Positions 20,645 through 32,507 of a DNA stretch of 64,000 nt are shown piece after piece (positions within the stretch are counted from its first letter, which is position 1; each line of letters begins with the position of its first letter). The translations under genes and the position numbers were made by a program. The notes below the pieces were generated by a model. The model worked only from the letters and a program-made list of their open reading frames with translations, searched no databases and was not told where the DNA came from. This stretch comes from Octopus vulgaris (lineage: Eukaryota). Where the stretch lies: NCBI GenBank assembly GCA_951406725.2, contig OX597816.1, positions 129,580,001-129,644,000 on the forward strand. The letters run 5' to 3'.

Positions 20645-23165
20645 TGTGTAAAGTGCTCAGGTGCACTACAACTCATCTAAAGTGTATATATAATCAGGTG
20701 TAGTTTCGGCAGATTTCGGAAAGCATGAGGGCCTTAAAGGATGCAGTGTCATGACAGTCAACAACTGACGCAGGCAGTTTATTCCATGCTTCAGCAACTC
20801 TGAGCATGAAAAAATGTTTCTGAAAGTCATGGGAGCTGTGTTGTTTTCTGACTTTGTAGGCATGTCCACGTGTGTTAGACACATGGAGATCAAAAAAGTG
20901 TTCAGTGTTGTTGTTGGTGAGGTGGTTGATAACTTTGTGGGTGTTTACCAAGTCCGTCGCCAGACGCCGGAGCTTCAGTGAATCCATGCCCAGGGAAACA
21001 AGGCGCTCAGAATATGGTAGGTGTCTGATGGAGGGTATGCGTTTGGTTGCACATCTCTGGACAGATTCCAGGAGGTCAATGTTCTGAGCAAGATAGGGGT
21101 TCCAAACTGATGATGCGAATTCCAAGTGTGGTCGTACCATAGCTGTATACAGTTTTAAATAGATGGCTGGAGAGCGGCTAACAAAAGTCTTGCTGAGTGA
21201 TGCCAAGACACCCTCGGCCTTCTTGACAATTTTAGAGATGTGCTTTGTCCAACGCAAATCACTGCTGACAGTGATGCCTAGGTCACGCTCGCAAGAGGAT
21301 TTCTTGATATCAGTGTTGTGGAGGGAGTATGTGGACGCAGGGTTTTTTCTCCCAAAATGCATGGTGGTACACTTGTCCACAGCCAGTTTCAGTTGCCAGT
21401 CTGTGATCCATTGCTGCATTGTGTCTAGGTCTGATTGCAGGAAAGAGTTGTAGACATCAGGATCTGTCCTCTTGATTTCAAGGTACAGCTTGATGTCATC
21501 TGCATATTTCAATACTGTGGCATTCTTTAAATTGGCATCTATGTCATTAATGTATGCCACAAACAAGAGGGGACCAAGGACAGATCCCTGTGGTACACCC
21601 GATGACATCTCATATGGTGTAGAGTGCTGTCCTAGAACTGTGACTACCTCCTTTCGGCTGAGGATGAAGGATTTCAACCAGTTAAAAAGGTCATCCCCCA
21701 CACCCATTGCAGAGAGTTTCACCATAAGCCTTTTGTGTGGCACAGAGTTGAAAGCCTTAGCAAAGTCAAGGTAGACAACATCCACCCATGAGCCACTGTC
21801 AGTGATCTGAGTAATGTCCTCAAGGAACTCGACAAGCTGATCACTGCAGCTGGAGTTAGGGACAAATCCATATTGTGAGGGTCGGATGAGACTGTGAGAG
21901 CTCCAGAAGTTCCAGAGTGTTTCTCTGACACACGATTCCATCAGTTTTGCAATACAGCTAGTGAGACTGACTGGGCGATAGTTGACAGGTGATGTGCGGT
22001 CGCCCTTTTTGAACAGAGGAATGACACTGGCAGTTTTCCACTGCTCCGGAGTAGCACCATTGTTGAGACAGTACTGGAAGAAAATAGAAAGCTGGTGTAA
22101 AAGGAAGTACCTGCCACGTTTGAGAAGCAGGTATGTAACTCCATCGAGACCAGGGGAGGCATAGTTGCACTTATTTTGAAGGTGACGTCGCAGCATTGCA
22201 GGTGTAAATTCCATAGTTGTTATGGAGTTTGCTGTTAGTGATGGTGAAGATGGTACATTTTGACTTTCAACAGTGAATATGTTTGCATAGCACTTGGCAA
22301 TGAGTTCTGTGCATTCCTTGGGGTCGTCAGTGATCTGGTTTGTGTGAGGGTTGCGAAGAGGGCCCACTGGAGAGTGAGGTCTCTGCTTTGAATGCACATA
22401 TTTCCAGAAAACCTTGCTGTCAGGATTGGCTGCTATGCACTGTTCAAATTCAAGCACTGCTTTTTTTGTCACTTGCTTGAGATGGTTGGAGGATTTATTC
22501 CGCTTCTTCCTGTTGGTGTCTGATTTATGCAACTTGTATTCCCGTTCAGCAGTCCGACGTTCCTTCCTGGCAAGTCGGACCGCTGAAGTTTCCCAAATTG
22601 CTCTTTTGGGGCGGTTCTTCTTTTTCTGTTTACGTGGCACTGATGCTGCACATGCTGCCCATATTGAGTCCAGGATACTCTGGAGTATAGTATTCACATC
22701 TCCAGAGTTGTAGAACTCACGCCAGTTTGGGTGCTGTAGTTCAGTGTGGCACAGGTTCCAATCTGCTCTCTTCCAATCGAAGGAAGCAGATTGGAGATGG
22801 TTCAGGTTTTTGTTGCCCGCAAGAGCCAGATTGGCGATGATCATAGCATGATCAGAGTCACCTAGAGGTTCCTCCGTAGTGCAATTGATAACCGCTTCAG
22901 GAGTTGTGGTGAAGAGCAGGTCCAAGGTGTTGTCGCCTCTTGTTGGAGAGGTGACTACTTGTGACCAGTTTGAGTCCAGCACAAGCTCAACAAAATCGTT
23001 TGCACTCTGTGGCCAATGGAAGGTTTCCCAATTGATCTCAGGATGATTGAAATCGCCTGCAATAAAAACATAAGTGGCTGTTTTCCTGGCAGCAGCTCGG
23101 AGGATATTGCAAAGCTGTGTGTCCTGATGGTAATTTGGGGGACGATAACTTAGGAGGAATGTATA
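20603..23165 (-). mobile_element. CR1-group LINE, 5'-truncated, with a short 3' UTR stem-loop and a (TTA)n tail
   Basis: APE + RT ORF, 3' hairpin AGTGC-ACCTGA-GCACT, and (TAA)n at 20603-20643 on the + strand. Confidence 0.92.
20694..23159 (-). CDS. LINE ORF2 (C-terminal half of the AP endonuclease + reverse transcriptase), uninterrupted but lacking its N-terminus
   Basis: Frame is open upstream of the track ORF: YRPP...AGDFNHPEINW, then PTRGDNTLDLLF, SDH, NYRPVSLTS, YLDFAKAF, GVPQGSVLGP, YADD, and the CR1-type C-terminus TRGH..K...FF..RV..AWNKLP. Confidence 0.93.
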   Translation of the reverse strand, partial: FLLSYRPPNYHQDTQLCNILRAAARKTATYVFIAGDFNHPEINWETFHWPQSANDFVELVLDSNWSQVVTSPTRGDNTLDLLFTTTPEAVINCTTEEPLGDSDHAMIIANLALAGNKNLNHLQSASFDWKRADWNLCHTELQHPNWREFYNSGDVNTILQSILDSIWAACAASVPRKQKKKNRPKRAIWETSAVRLARKERRTAEREYKLHKSDTNRKKRNKSSNHLKQVTKKAVLEFEQCIAANPDSKVFWKYVHSKQRPHSPVGPLRNPHTNQITDDPKECTELIAKCYANIFTVESQNVPSSPSLTANSITTMEFTPAMLRRHLQNKCNYASPGLDGVTYLLLKRGRYFLLHQLSIFFQYCLNNGATPEQWKTASVIPLFKKGDRTSPVNYRPVSLTSCIAKLMESCVRETLWNFWSSHSLIRPSQYGFVPNSSCSDQLVEFLEDITQITDSGSWVDVVYLDFAKAFNSVPHKRLMVKLSAMGVGDDLFNWLKSFILSRKEVVTVLGQHSTPYEMSSGVPQGSVLGPLLFVAYINDIDANLKNATVLKYADDIKLYLEIKRTDPDVYNSFLQSDLDTMQQWITDWQLKLAVDKCTTMHFGRKNPASTYSLHNTDIKKSSCERDLGITVSSDLRWTKHISKIVKKAEGVLASLSKTFVSRSPAIYLKLYTAMVRPHLEFASSVWNPYLAQNIDLLESVQRCATKRIPSIRHLPYSERLVSLGMDSLKLRRLATDLVNTHKVINHLTNNNTEHFFDLHVSNTRGHAYKVRKQHSSHDFQKHFFMLRVAEAWNKLPASVVDCHDTASFKALMLSEICRNYT

Positions 23166-23289
23166 CCAAAATTGTGAAGCATGTTACATAACAACAGGCT
23201 AATCGGATATGAGATAATATAACAATTCAAAGAAAATAACTCTGAAAGGGCTTTTGTGTGATCTCAGAGAATATAACCCTTAGGAGCAC

Positions 23290-24330
23290 TAGTGTTGAAA
23301 TAGATTTACAGTAAATGTAGAAACAGACTGACATTTAATTTTACAGTAGACATACAAATAAATTTGCATATAGATTTAAAAATAAAATAACATGTAAATT
23401 ATCAATACATTTGCAACATTTACAAATATTACAGTTAAATAGTAAATATCTGATGATTTGGTGAATCTTATTAAGTTTGCTAGGCTTCTTGATAAACAAC
23501 ATTTTTGGTCTTTCCTTGTGGGGGCATAAATAAACAGATGATTAGGATTGCTGACTCTTGAGCATTCTACATAAAGTTGGCCATGGGAGAAAACTGGTTC
23601 CACAACGTTCAGACTTACCACATCCAAGGACTGCCCCTAGGCCTTGTTAATGCTCATTGCAAAGCTCAGTTTCAACTGGAATTCCAAGCGCTTGTACTGG
23701 AAGGCATATCCAAGGGAGTGAGTGGAATTCTAGGAATGAATACTGGCTACCCACTTACTTTAGCAGTCAAAAGTGTTGTCTTCAAGACTGTTGGCATCAT
23801 CTTAATTATAAGTCATGTGCCATTGCAAAATTTTGGTGGATCAAGGTTTCAAAGCAGCATAATTGGTGTTCCAATCTTGAGGTGGAAGTTGTGAGGTGGG
23901 AGGCTAAGTGGTGTTAGACTATTCAAGAATTCAACTGGATAATTCACAGCTTCATTGTTGTTGAGTATAGTGTCAATGGAATTGTTGATATGATGCTCAC
24001 CTGGCATCTGTTCCAGAAGTTTGATGTTCAAATCATCAACTGCCATATTCTTTGGAGCTAAAATGGCATGGGTTTTCAGCCAGTTATGGTCTGTAAACTG
24101 ATTCCTCAGGTTCAGAAACACCTTATTCATTAGTTCCTTTAAATCAGATACCATATGTCCAAAAGGCAAGTTTACCCGGCCATCCTTCTCACCAACTGAA
24201 GTGCCATTACCAACATCCAACAGTTGCTTTGAAAAGATTCTGTCTGCATCATCACTGCAGTCTCACTATTTTTTCAACCTTGTTGTTCCAAGCACTGATG
24301 CCATACCAAAGACAAATGAACTTCCATTGC
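23290..24330 (-). mobile_element. Degenerate Helitron fragment (C-terminal Pif1-family helicase)
   Basis: AILAPKN..VDDLN, YPVEFLNSL.P..LPPH..HLKIGTPIMLL and PVFSHGQLYV.CSRV, split by stops and frameshifts; possible CTAG|T 3' end near 23290. Confidence 0.88.
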
Positions 24331-24403
24331 AGGTACTTACACAAAAGGTACAGTGCAGTGGCAGGGTGGATCCAACTCTTGGGCTGTAGTTTGGTGACCC
24401 CTG

Positions 24404-24434
<31 letters not shown>

Positions 24435-24617
24435 ATAACTGCCTGTGTATATAAACAAACTTACATTTGTTTTTTAGAGGCATCAAATGTGTATCATACA
24501 ATATACATTTGATGCTTCTACAAAACAAATGTACACTTTTTTACATACACACGTGGTCATTACATTTCTAAAAGCTATCTATTTAGTACTTAAAACCAGC
24601 ATAGATTGTTGTCAGTA

Positions 24618-24689
24618 GGCAGTTTAGCTTAATGATAAAGCATTCAGCTAGTGTCTTGGAGGATGTGGGTTCAATTCCCATGGCTGTTT
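24618..24689 (+). pseudogene. tRNA-like degenerate sequence (tRNA pseudogene or isolated SINE head)
   Basis: D-arm GCTT-AATGATA-AAGC, T-arm GTGGG-TTCAATT-CCCAT, acceptor stem rich in G-U pairs, irregular anticodon arm; related copy at 63071-63143. Confidence 0.45.
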
Positions 24690-24896
24690 TTCTGCCTTGT
24701 AAGGGTATTAATACCCAATTTTTCTGCTGTTTTAATAGTTTTACTGTGTTTGAAATATCACTTTCTTGTCAGTATCATATGATAAATATATATATATATA
24801 ATAAATATAAATATTAGGGAATAAATCCAAACTTACAGGGAAAAATCAGATTTAGGATTGAATCCAATTTTATAGTAAAATATTATATTATATTAA

Positions 24897-25217
24897 AGAC
24901 TCCGCCGGTTACGATGACGAGGGTCCCAGCTGATACGATCAACAGAACAGCTTGCTCGTGAAATTAACGTGCAAATGGCTGAGCATTCCACAGACACGTG
25001 TACCCTTAACGTAGTTCTCGGGGATAATCAGCGTGACACAGAGAGTGACAAGGCTGACCCTTTGAAATACAAGTACAACTCATTTTTGCCAGCTGAGTGG
25101 ACTGGAGCAACGTGAAATAAAGTGTCTTGCTCAAGGACACAATGCGTCGCCGGGAATCGAACTCACAACCTTACGATCATGAGCTGAATGCCCTAACCAC
25201 TAAGCCACGCGCCCTCA
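24897..25217 (-). mobile_element. tRNA-derived CORE-type SINE inserted in an AT-rich element
   Basis: Minus head GGCGCGTGGCTTAGTGGTTAGGGCA...GAGTTCGATTCCC followed by TGTGTCCTTGAGCAAGACACTT; flanked by TATATTATATTAAA-like direct repeats. Confidence 0.85.
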
Positions 25218-25352
25218 CTATATTATATTAAATTAGAGATAAAACCACTATTAGGCGAATCATACAATGAAAAACTTAAGCCAATACATAAGATTATTTA
25301 ATTTATATTATTTAAATATATAACAAAATTATTAAAAAAATATAATTAATAT

Positions 25353-25421
25353 AACACTACGATCGTTTCATGGCTGTTAATTTCTTTAAATTTTCGAGTT
25401 ACAGTCATTCATCAGGTGGTT
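25353..25421 (-). ncRNA. Type I hammerhead ribozyme motif with an intact catalytic core
   Basis: Minus strand: AACCAC-CTGATGA-ATGACTGT-(23 nt)-ACAGCCAT-GAAAC-GATC-GTA-GTGTT. Confidence 0.8.
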
Positions 25422-25717
25422 TAAATATTTAACTTGGCGAGGTTTAATCAATCGCGGCTTCGATTCCCAGACCGGGCGTTGTGAGTGTTTATTGAGCGAA
25501 AACACCTAAAAGCTCCACGAGGCTCTGGCAGGGGGTGGTGATCCCTACTGTACACTTTCACCACTCTTTCTTCTGTTGGTCTGCTTGCTTAGCCAGCGGG
25601 GTGGCGTCATTCGAAGGCTAAAAACAATGCGAACGCATTGTGACCAGTGATGTGTAACAACATCTGATGGTCTGGTCGGTCACGTGATCACGTGATATAT
25701 ATATATATATATAGCAT

Positions 25718-25752
<35 letters not shown>

Positions 25753-27278
25753 GTGTGTTAATATGGAGTTCACTTTGCTTTGTACATTCAAACAAACATA
25801 CACATTCGATATATATATATATATATATATATATTATTCATATTATAATAACTTGCAGAACACCTCCACATACCAGACATTCATTTTTTTTTTTTGCTGG
25901 TTTATTTAATTTACTACTAAAATATAATGTAGGTATCAGGACATCAAGATACCTGCTTTCACTGATTTCTAGTATAGGTACAAGGTATTCACTTTAGGGG
26001 TTGGGTACAACCAATTTAATCAATCCTAGTACATGATTCATACTTTATTTAATTTGCCCTTTCAAAATGTTATTTATCTCACCTCCATCCCCACTGGAAA
26101 ATTGCTTTAAATAATAAATAATTGAATTTTAGCGAGACTGAACATTATTTTACAATGGCGTTCTGTAGATCTTATTTAACATGGATATACAATAGAAAGC
26201 CAGAAAACTGTGGTAGTCATCTCAAGAAAATATCTTGTGTACTTTTTAGCACTTCACATCCATATGAGGTTCTCTCTCAAGATGAATACAGCAGTTTTCT
26301 GGCTTTCTACAATATATCCACATTAAGTAATATATATGGAATGCTATTTTGAACTAATACTGCTACCATCGCTAATAACCATTATTTTACATTATATGTC
26401 ATTTATTTTCAGTGGTCATTCATTAATATATTATTTATAGCAGAGAACAATTTTTTTCTGTCACAGATGATATTCATATTCTGACATGCTAGCTACGATG
26501 ACATGTACATGATTAATATTGGTTTGGATTAATATAGAAAAGTGTGATATAGTAATTTCCTCTAACAAGACTCTTGCTAAGGGTATTAATAAAATCCAAA
26601 AACAGCAAGCAAGAATGACAACTCTAACAAGATCAATACTGATGACAATTTTTTGACAATGTAGCAATGTAGATTGGGGTAGATGTGATCTTAAAGCCAA
26701 TTAATGAAAGCAGAAACATATTGTAGTCATATTACAGCCTCTTCCTTTTCTACTCAGATAGCAAGACCAAGGTTGATCAATATATATTAACAGAGATAAT
26801 GCTGTGGAATATAATCATCATCATCCCCATTGTTTTAATGTCCATTTTATCAGGCTCATATGAGTCAGGTGAAATTCATTGACACAAATTTACTACTGCC
26901 AGCTACTCCTCTTGTCACCAATACTCACTTGTTTTCAAGTCAGGGAAATATATATAACTGGCACTGGTATAATAAAGAGTTAAAAAGCATAGATAGTAGT
27001 AAAATCATTGTTGTCTTACACATATACTGGCTTGTCCTTTCAGGTGTCGGTGCTACTTAAAAAGCACCTGTGCCAGTGCTGCATAAATGCACCCATGCCG
27101 GTGCCGCATAAATGCACCCATGTCAGTGACATGTAAAAAGCACCCAGCACACTCTGCTAAGTAGTTGGCATTAAGAAGGGCATCCAGCCATAGACCCCAT
27201 GCCACAACAGATAGCTCCCTGCTAGCCAGCTCCATGTCAAACCGTCCAACCCATGCCAGCATGGAGAGTGGATGTTAA

Positions 27279-27357
27279 ATGATGATGATGATGGTGGTGG
27301 TGGTGGTGATGATGATGATGATGGTGATGATGGTGACGATGATGGTGATGGTGATGG

Positions 27358-27388
<31 letters not shown>

Positions 27389-27455
27389 GGTGGTGATGAT
27401 GAGGATGATGATGGTGATGATGATGCTGATGGTGGTGGTGATGATGATGATGATG
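27279..27455. repeat. Compound (GAT)n/(GGT)n microsatellite at the tail of an RTE-type repeat
   Basis: Direct reading; it explains the poly-His, poly-Asp and poly-Met ORFs in the track. Confidence 0.95.
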
Positions 27456-30324
27456 AGTGCTTTCAATATAAAAGTAAAAGGCAAAAGCAAAACACAGCAC
27501 ATACAGAGATGCAAACTGAGATGCACTCAGCCGTACAGGTTGTTCATCTGGAGTCAAATGGAAAACTCCACAGATCCCAGATTAACATTTTCGTAAAAAG
27601 AAAGTGCTTTCTTTCAGCTATAATCTCTCGCCTACACTTGCATGCTAACTGTGGGCTCATTCACCCTGGCCATGTTTTTAATTCTTATTACTTAGTAAAT
27701 TTATTGGATATGTGAATGACTGGGTGTTTAAGAAACATGCTTCCCAACCCTGTAGTCTCAGGTTCAATCCCACTGTGCAGTACCTTGAACAAGTGTTTTC
27801 TACTATGGCACTGAGCTGACCAAATCTTTGTGAGCAAATTTGGTAGACAGAAACTGAAAGAAGCTTGTTTGTTTGTCTTGACATCACATAATGGTTATAA
27901 ATGAGTAGCACTGTTATACAAGCAATGGTTTTTGTTTCCAGTCTTCTGGGAAAAACATGTCTGATCATGAGAAATTTTACAGTTAAAGGTTGGTGACAGG
28001 AAGAGCATCCAGCCGTAGAAAATCTGCCTCAGTAAATTCTGTCTGACCCATGCAAGCATGGTAAGGTGGATGCTAAATAATGATGATGGTGGTGGTGGTG
28101 GTGGTGATGATGAGGATGATGTAGCACCTCTGTGAAAAGAAAAAGATGTCTCTGTCCTGAAACCTTTCAGTCTTGTCCAGTCCATAGCCTCTTTTGTCAT
28201 AGTCACCAAACAGAGGAAAATTACACTTTCCAGCCAAATTAATGGCAACAAGATAATTGGATGGATTTAAGATGGATTTAACTGATAGCAGAATCCATCT
28301 TATATGCAACAACATAATTCCATAAGTCAGTAATGTCTGGACACTAAACAAGTGCATACAAGAGGAGAGGTTTTCTTGCTCTGCTCACATCTCAGAAATT
28401 GGCTTGCTTGGTGATGAAGAACTGATATAGCCATTGATTAACCCTAACGGTAATTTTAGCACACATAGTAGTAGTAGTAGTAGTATTAGTAGTAGTAGTT
28501 GTTGTTGTTGCTGTAGTAGTAGTAGTAGTAGTAGTAGTATAAATTACTGAAAGATAAGATTAGCACAGAAAACACAAATTTAGTGTCTTGCACTGAGCAG
28601 TAAAAAGTTAATTAGATATAATTGTGCAGTGAAGAAAAGAAAAATAATATTAATCAATGTCTAAAGTTATTTTATTTCAACAAGTATAGGAGACAACTCT
28701 AAGCATATTTTGGTCTTATCATAACTTCATCAGCAAAGCATAAGCTTCTCCATATTTTGCTAAAGAGTACAAATCTTCAAATCTTCACACTAAATCTATC
28801 ATCACTACTTCAAGGCCATGCTTTACTAAGTAGTGATTGAAACAGGTTTGCAGATATCATTTGCCTTAACAATTAAAACATTAATCAATTACTAATATTG
28901 TATTATTTCTAATTAGCTTGTCAATGCTCCTTACATTAAATATATTAATACCAACATGACTAGTAGTAGTAGATTTGAGGACACATGCTAATTTCTGTCT
29001 TCTTCTTCTTCTTCTTCTTCTTCTTCTTCTTCTTCTTCTTCTTCTTCTTCAAGAACAATAATCTTCACACTATCTCTATGTCATCGTTTGTAGTAACAAC
29101 ATTTTTTGTTTACAATAAAAATAAATATCTTTTTATCAAAATCTCCAATAGATTTCAGTATTCTTTATCATAACAAGTGGTGACCTTAATGTTGAAGAAC
29201 ATTTTGCATTTTTATATTTGAACATCATTGATGAGAACTTCCAACACCAAGATCTCTTTTGAACCATATCTGACATCATTAATGTTTACTGCAGCTATCA
29301 TATCAACGAATCCCCATATTTTGGTCTTATGACCCAACAGTATGATTCATTTACCCAGAGACTTAGTTTTTGTCCTGGCACATTATGTTGGACAGCACCC
29401 ACACAATTTATGTGATTGGTACCCTTTCGCCAGAGATCCAGGGTTCGATTATATCTCCAAACAGCATATATATAAAACACAGGATGTGTTCTGTCTGTGT
29501 GTTTCTCACGTCGTTAAAACTCGAGATCCACCTAACCAATTTTAATGAAATTTTACACATGCATTACATAGGGTCCATGGAGTGTCATGGGCTAAAAACA
29601 TTTTCAACTTCTTGCCTAATGCAGGCCCAGGGGCAAATAAATGGCAATTTTTAAGCATTTTTGCAGTGTTATGGCCTATAACTTGAAGAGTATCCAGTTA
29701 CTTTCCTCCAAATTTGCAACAAACATTAATCAGGCTCCTCGAATTGCTGTTGACTAAAAAGATTTCTGACACCAACTATGCCCCCACTCCCCCCAAAATA
29801 CAGATTAATCAGATTTGAGTATACTGCACTGGGTTTTATCTTTGTTTTAGGCCATTTTCCAACGATAAAATATTCTCACTACTTATGCATTATAAGTAGT
29901 ATATAATATTTCATGAAAACGTTTTTGTTCAATTTGGCAGAGGAAATGAGAAGAACATTAAAATTTTTGTCAGCACCCTGTTGATGCTTCATGTTACCAT
30001 CCCACATACCACCGGGCCATGTGCATGTGTGTGCGGCTGGGTAAAGGCACAACAAACCCATTCACCCATTCTCCAAAAGTGCCCGGTTAATGTTTCACGT
30101 TTCCAATCCTGCGCAATGCAGCATGGCCCAGCATCATGTCTGCTTTCTATGTCATTCATGTCTGAACTATATAATGCAAAATGTTCATACAAAAAAACAA
30201 ACTGCTGTTGTGACTCACAGCCATTTGAGTTTGACTTGTGGTGACCACTTCCAAGCGCTACACTCACTACCAGCAATTAGTCCTACACCCTGTTTCCTCC
30301 CCCATTTAGTCGAACAAGTAAGTA

Positions 30325-30796
30325 CAGGGTGTCCCAGAATTAATGATGATTTGAGTGAAATCAGATGCATTTTTTTTTTAAAACTCACTTTTATGTATGT
30401 TTATCATGTTTAATATGTGTTAAAAGTGTATAAATTTGAATTTTGTTTATAATATTATTTTCATTCCTGTTGTCCACGACAGCTTTTTTTCTATTTGGCA
30501 GCAATCGTTTTCTTTACCTCCATCCCCAGGATGGAGCAATCGTTTAGCTGAGCTTAAAGAACACATTCAGTTAGCAGTGCAAGAGCTAACTCCTGAAATG
30601 CTTCAAAATGTGTTTCACAATGCTAAGGAGAGGTTTGAAGTATGCAGGGAAAGAGACATGCTGAAAATTTTCAATACAAGTTTGATGTAAGATTTATGAA
30701 ATTTATTTGTTTTGGTAATAAACATAAAATCCTATCAGTTTTTAAAAAATTTTGCTCAATTTCATTAAAACAGATAGTTAATTCTGGAACACCCTG
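30325..30796 (+). mobile_element. Internally deleted Tc1/mariner element
   Basis: TA-flanked TIRs CAGGGTGTCCCAGAATTAA / TTAATTCTGGAACACCCTG; remnant LAELKEHIQLAVQELTPEMLQNVFHNAKERFEVC resembles a transposase C-terminus. Confidence 0.8.
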
Positions 30797-31656
30797 TATG
30801 GTGTAGCATTGTTAGTTGTTGCATTGCTTGAGTAAGTATTAAAATCAAAGGTCTTCTTGTTGTAAACATCCCATTTTTTGTTAAGCATATTGTATCAAGG
30901 AGTATCATCATCATCATCATCATTTAACGTCCATTGTCCATGCTAGCATGGGTTGGATGCTTTGACTGAGGTCTGAAAAGCCAGCGGCTGCAATCTGATC
31001 TGACAATGTCTCTACAGTTGGATGCCCAGTGTGTAGTAGGTGCTTTTATGTGCTACCAGCACAGGAGCCAGTCAGGCAGCTCTGACACTGATCATGTTCG
31101 GATAGTGCTTTTTATGTGCCACCAGCACAGGACCCAATCAGGGGGTACTGGTATTGACCACATTCAGATGGTGCATTTTATATGCTACCAGCATAGAAGC
31201 CAGTCAGGGGCACTGGCCACAGCTTCCATTTTGATTTTACTTGACTCAACAGGTCTTCTCAAGCATATCATATCACCCGACGTATCAAGGATACTTAGAA
31301 GTGGGCCGGATATGCAACACTGGCATCGGCCATGGCTGCGATCTCACTTCAGTTCCATGCTGACCAAAGCCTTGTGTATTATTTGTAATTACCATTACTG
31401 TATTGATATATAAAATATCTCATACAACTCATTTATTATTGTCATATAATAAACAAACAGAAGTTCGTGTATGAAATTGATCTTTTTTCTATTTCAATTA
31501 TTTCATGTTTTTTTCTTATAAAATACACACATACAGAAGGAGTAAATCTACATATATAATAACACTTTGAATGTAGCTCCCAAGAAAGAGTAAAAGTAAT
31601 TACCCGATCAACGACGGGTATAACTGCTAATTCCAAATAAAACTCTCAAATGAGAA

Positions 31657-31770
31657 TTGATTAGAAACATTTCCAAGTCGCAGCAGCACCTGCACCAGCT
31701 ACTCATCACAGAGGAATTGGGCAACAAAAAGCCTTCTCAACTTCTCCAACACACGAAGCAGCAACCATAT
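31657..31770 (+). mobile_element. Short Gypsy-type gag-like remnant
   Basis: LIRNISKSQQHLHQLLITEELGNKKPSQLLQHTKQ resembles the RL.QLL..EELGDRKPSQLLR.M motif of invertebrate Gypsy gag-like proteins. Confidence 0.6.
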
Positions 31771-32392
31771 TGGTTTCTGTTCCTTGGAGCATGTTGGTCT
31801 TGTACTTCCCCGACTCAGATACTCGCAACTCATCCGTCTCTTCCTCTCCTGTCACGCTTTGTTGCATCCTACTCCTCTGGCCCAGCTCTAACTCCTATGC
31901 CAACATTTTTTTCTTCCCAGTACATCAACCCTCTAGAATCTGCTTCTTTCTGATATCTTTCCTGTAGGTATTAAGCTGCTATGTTTTAAATGGATCCTTA
32001 ACATCATCAGCCAGGGGAGCCTGTAAAGATCATGGGCCCTGCCTCCTCCTCGAAACACAAGAAATAAAATACAATTCTATAAATTTTTTGAGAAAGGCTA
32101 AGGTATAGTTAAAAGGTGGGGTGACTTTACCAACTACGGTTCGCGGGACTTTCTGAATTGAACATCAAAACGAAAAATTACCTTGAACATTTTTAGTAGT
32201 GTGACCCGATTGATAACGATCCAAGTCTCATGTGGCCCACTTCTCAAAAAAGTTTACCCATGTCCAGTTTAAAATTATAGTGATTTCCAATGTTAACTAT
32301 TTGCCTTGAAACCGTATCATTTCAGGTAAGCTTTCACATTGAAAATGATAACAACTTTCAATGCTACCTTCAATCAAAATATAACATTGATG

Positions 32393-32507
32393 GGCGGAGG
32401 TAAAGAATACGTACACCACCCGTTTTCGGAGTAACAAAAACCTAACCCTAACCTTAAACCCTAGTCATAACCCTAAACACCGGGACAACGCATTCTTTAC
32501 TTTCGCC
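32393..32507. mobile_element. 115-bp MITE with 20-bp TIRs, an 8-9-bp TSD and internal telomere-like (CCCTAA) repeats
   Basis: GGCGGAGGTAAAGAATACGT / ACGCATTCTTTACTTTCGCC (17/20 match); flanks ACATTGATG / GCATTGATG. Confidence 0.8.

Noticed and set aside
27237-27715. Poly-His, poly-Asp/Gly and poly-Met ORFs
   Set aside because: Trinucleotide microsatellite at a retroelement tail.
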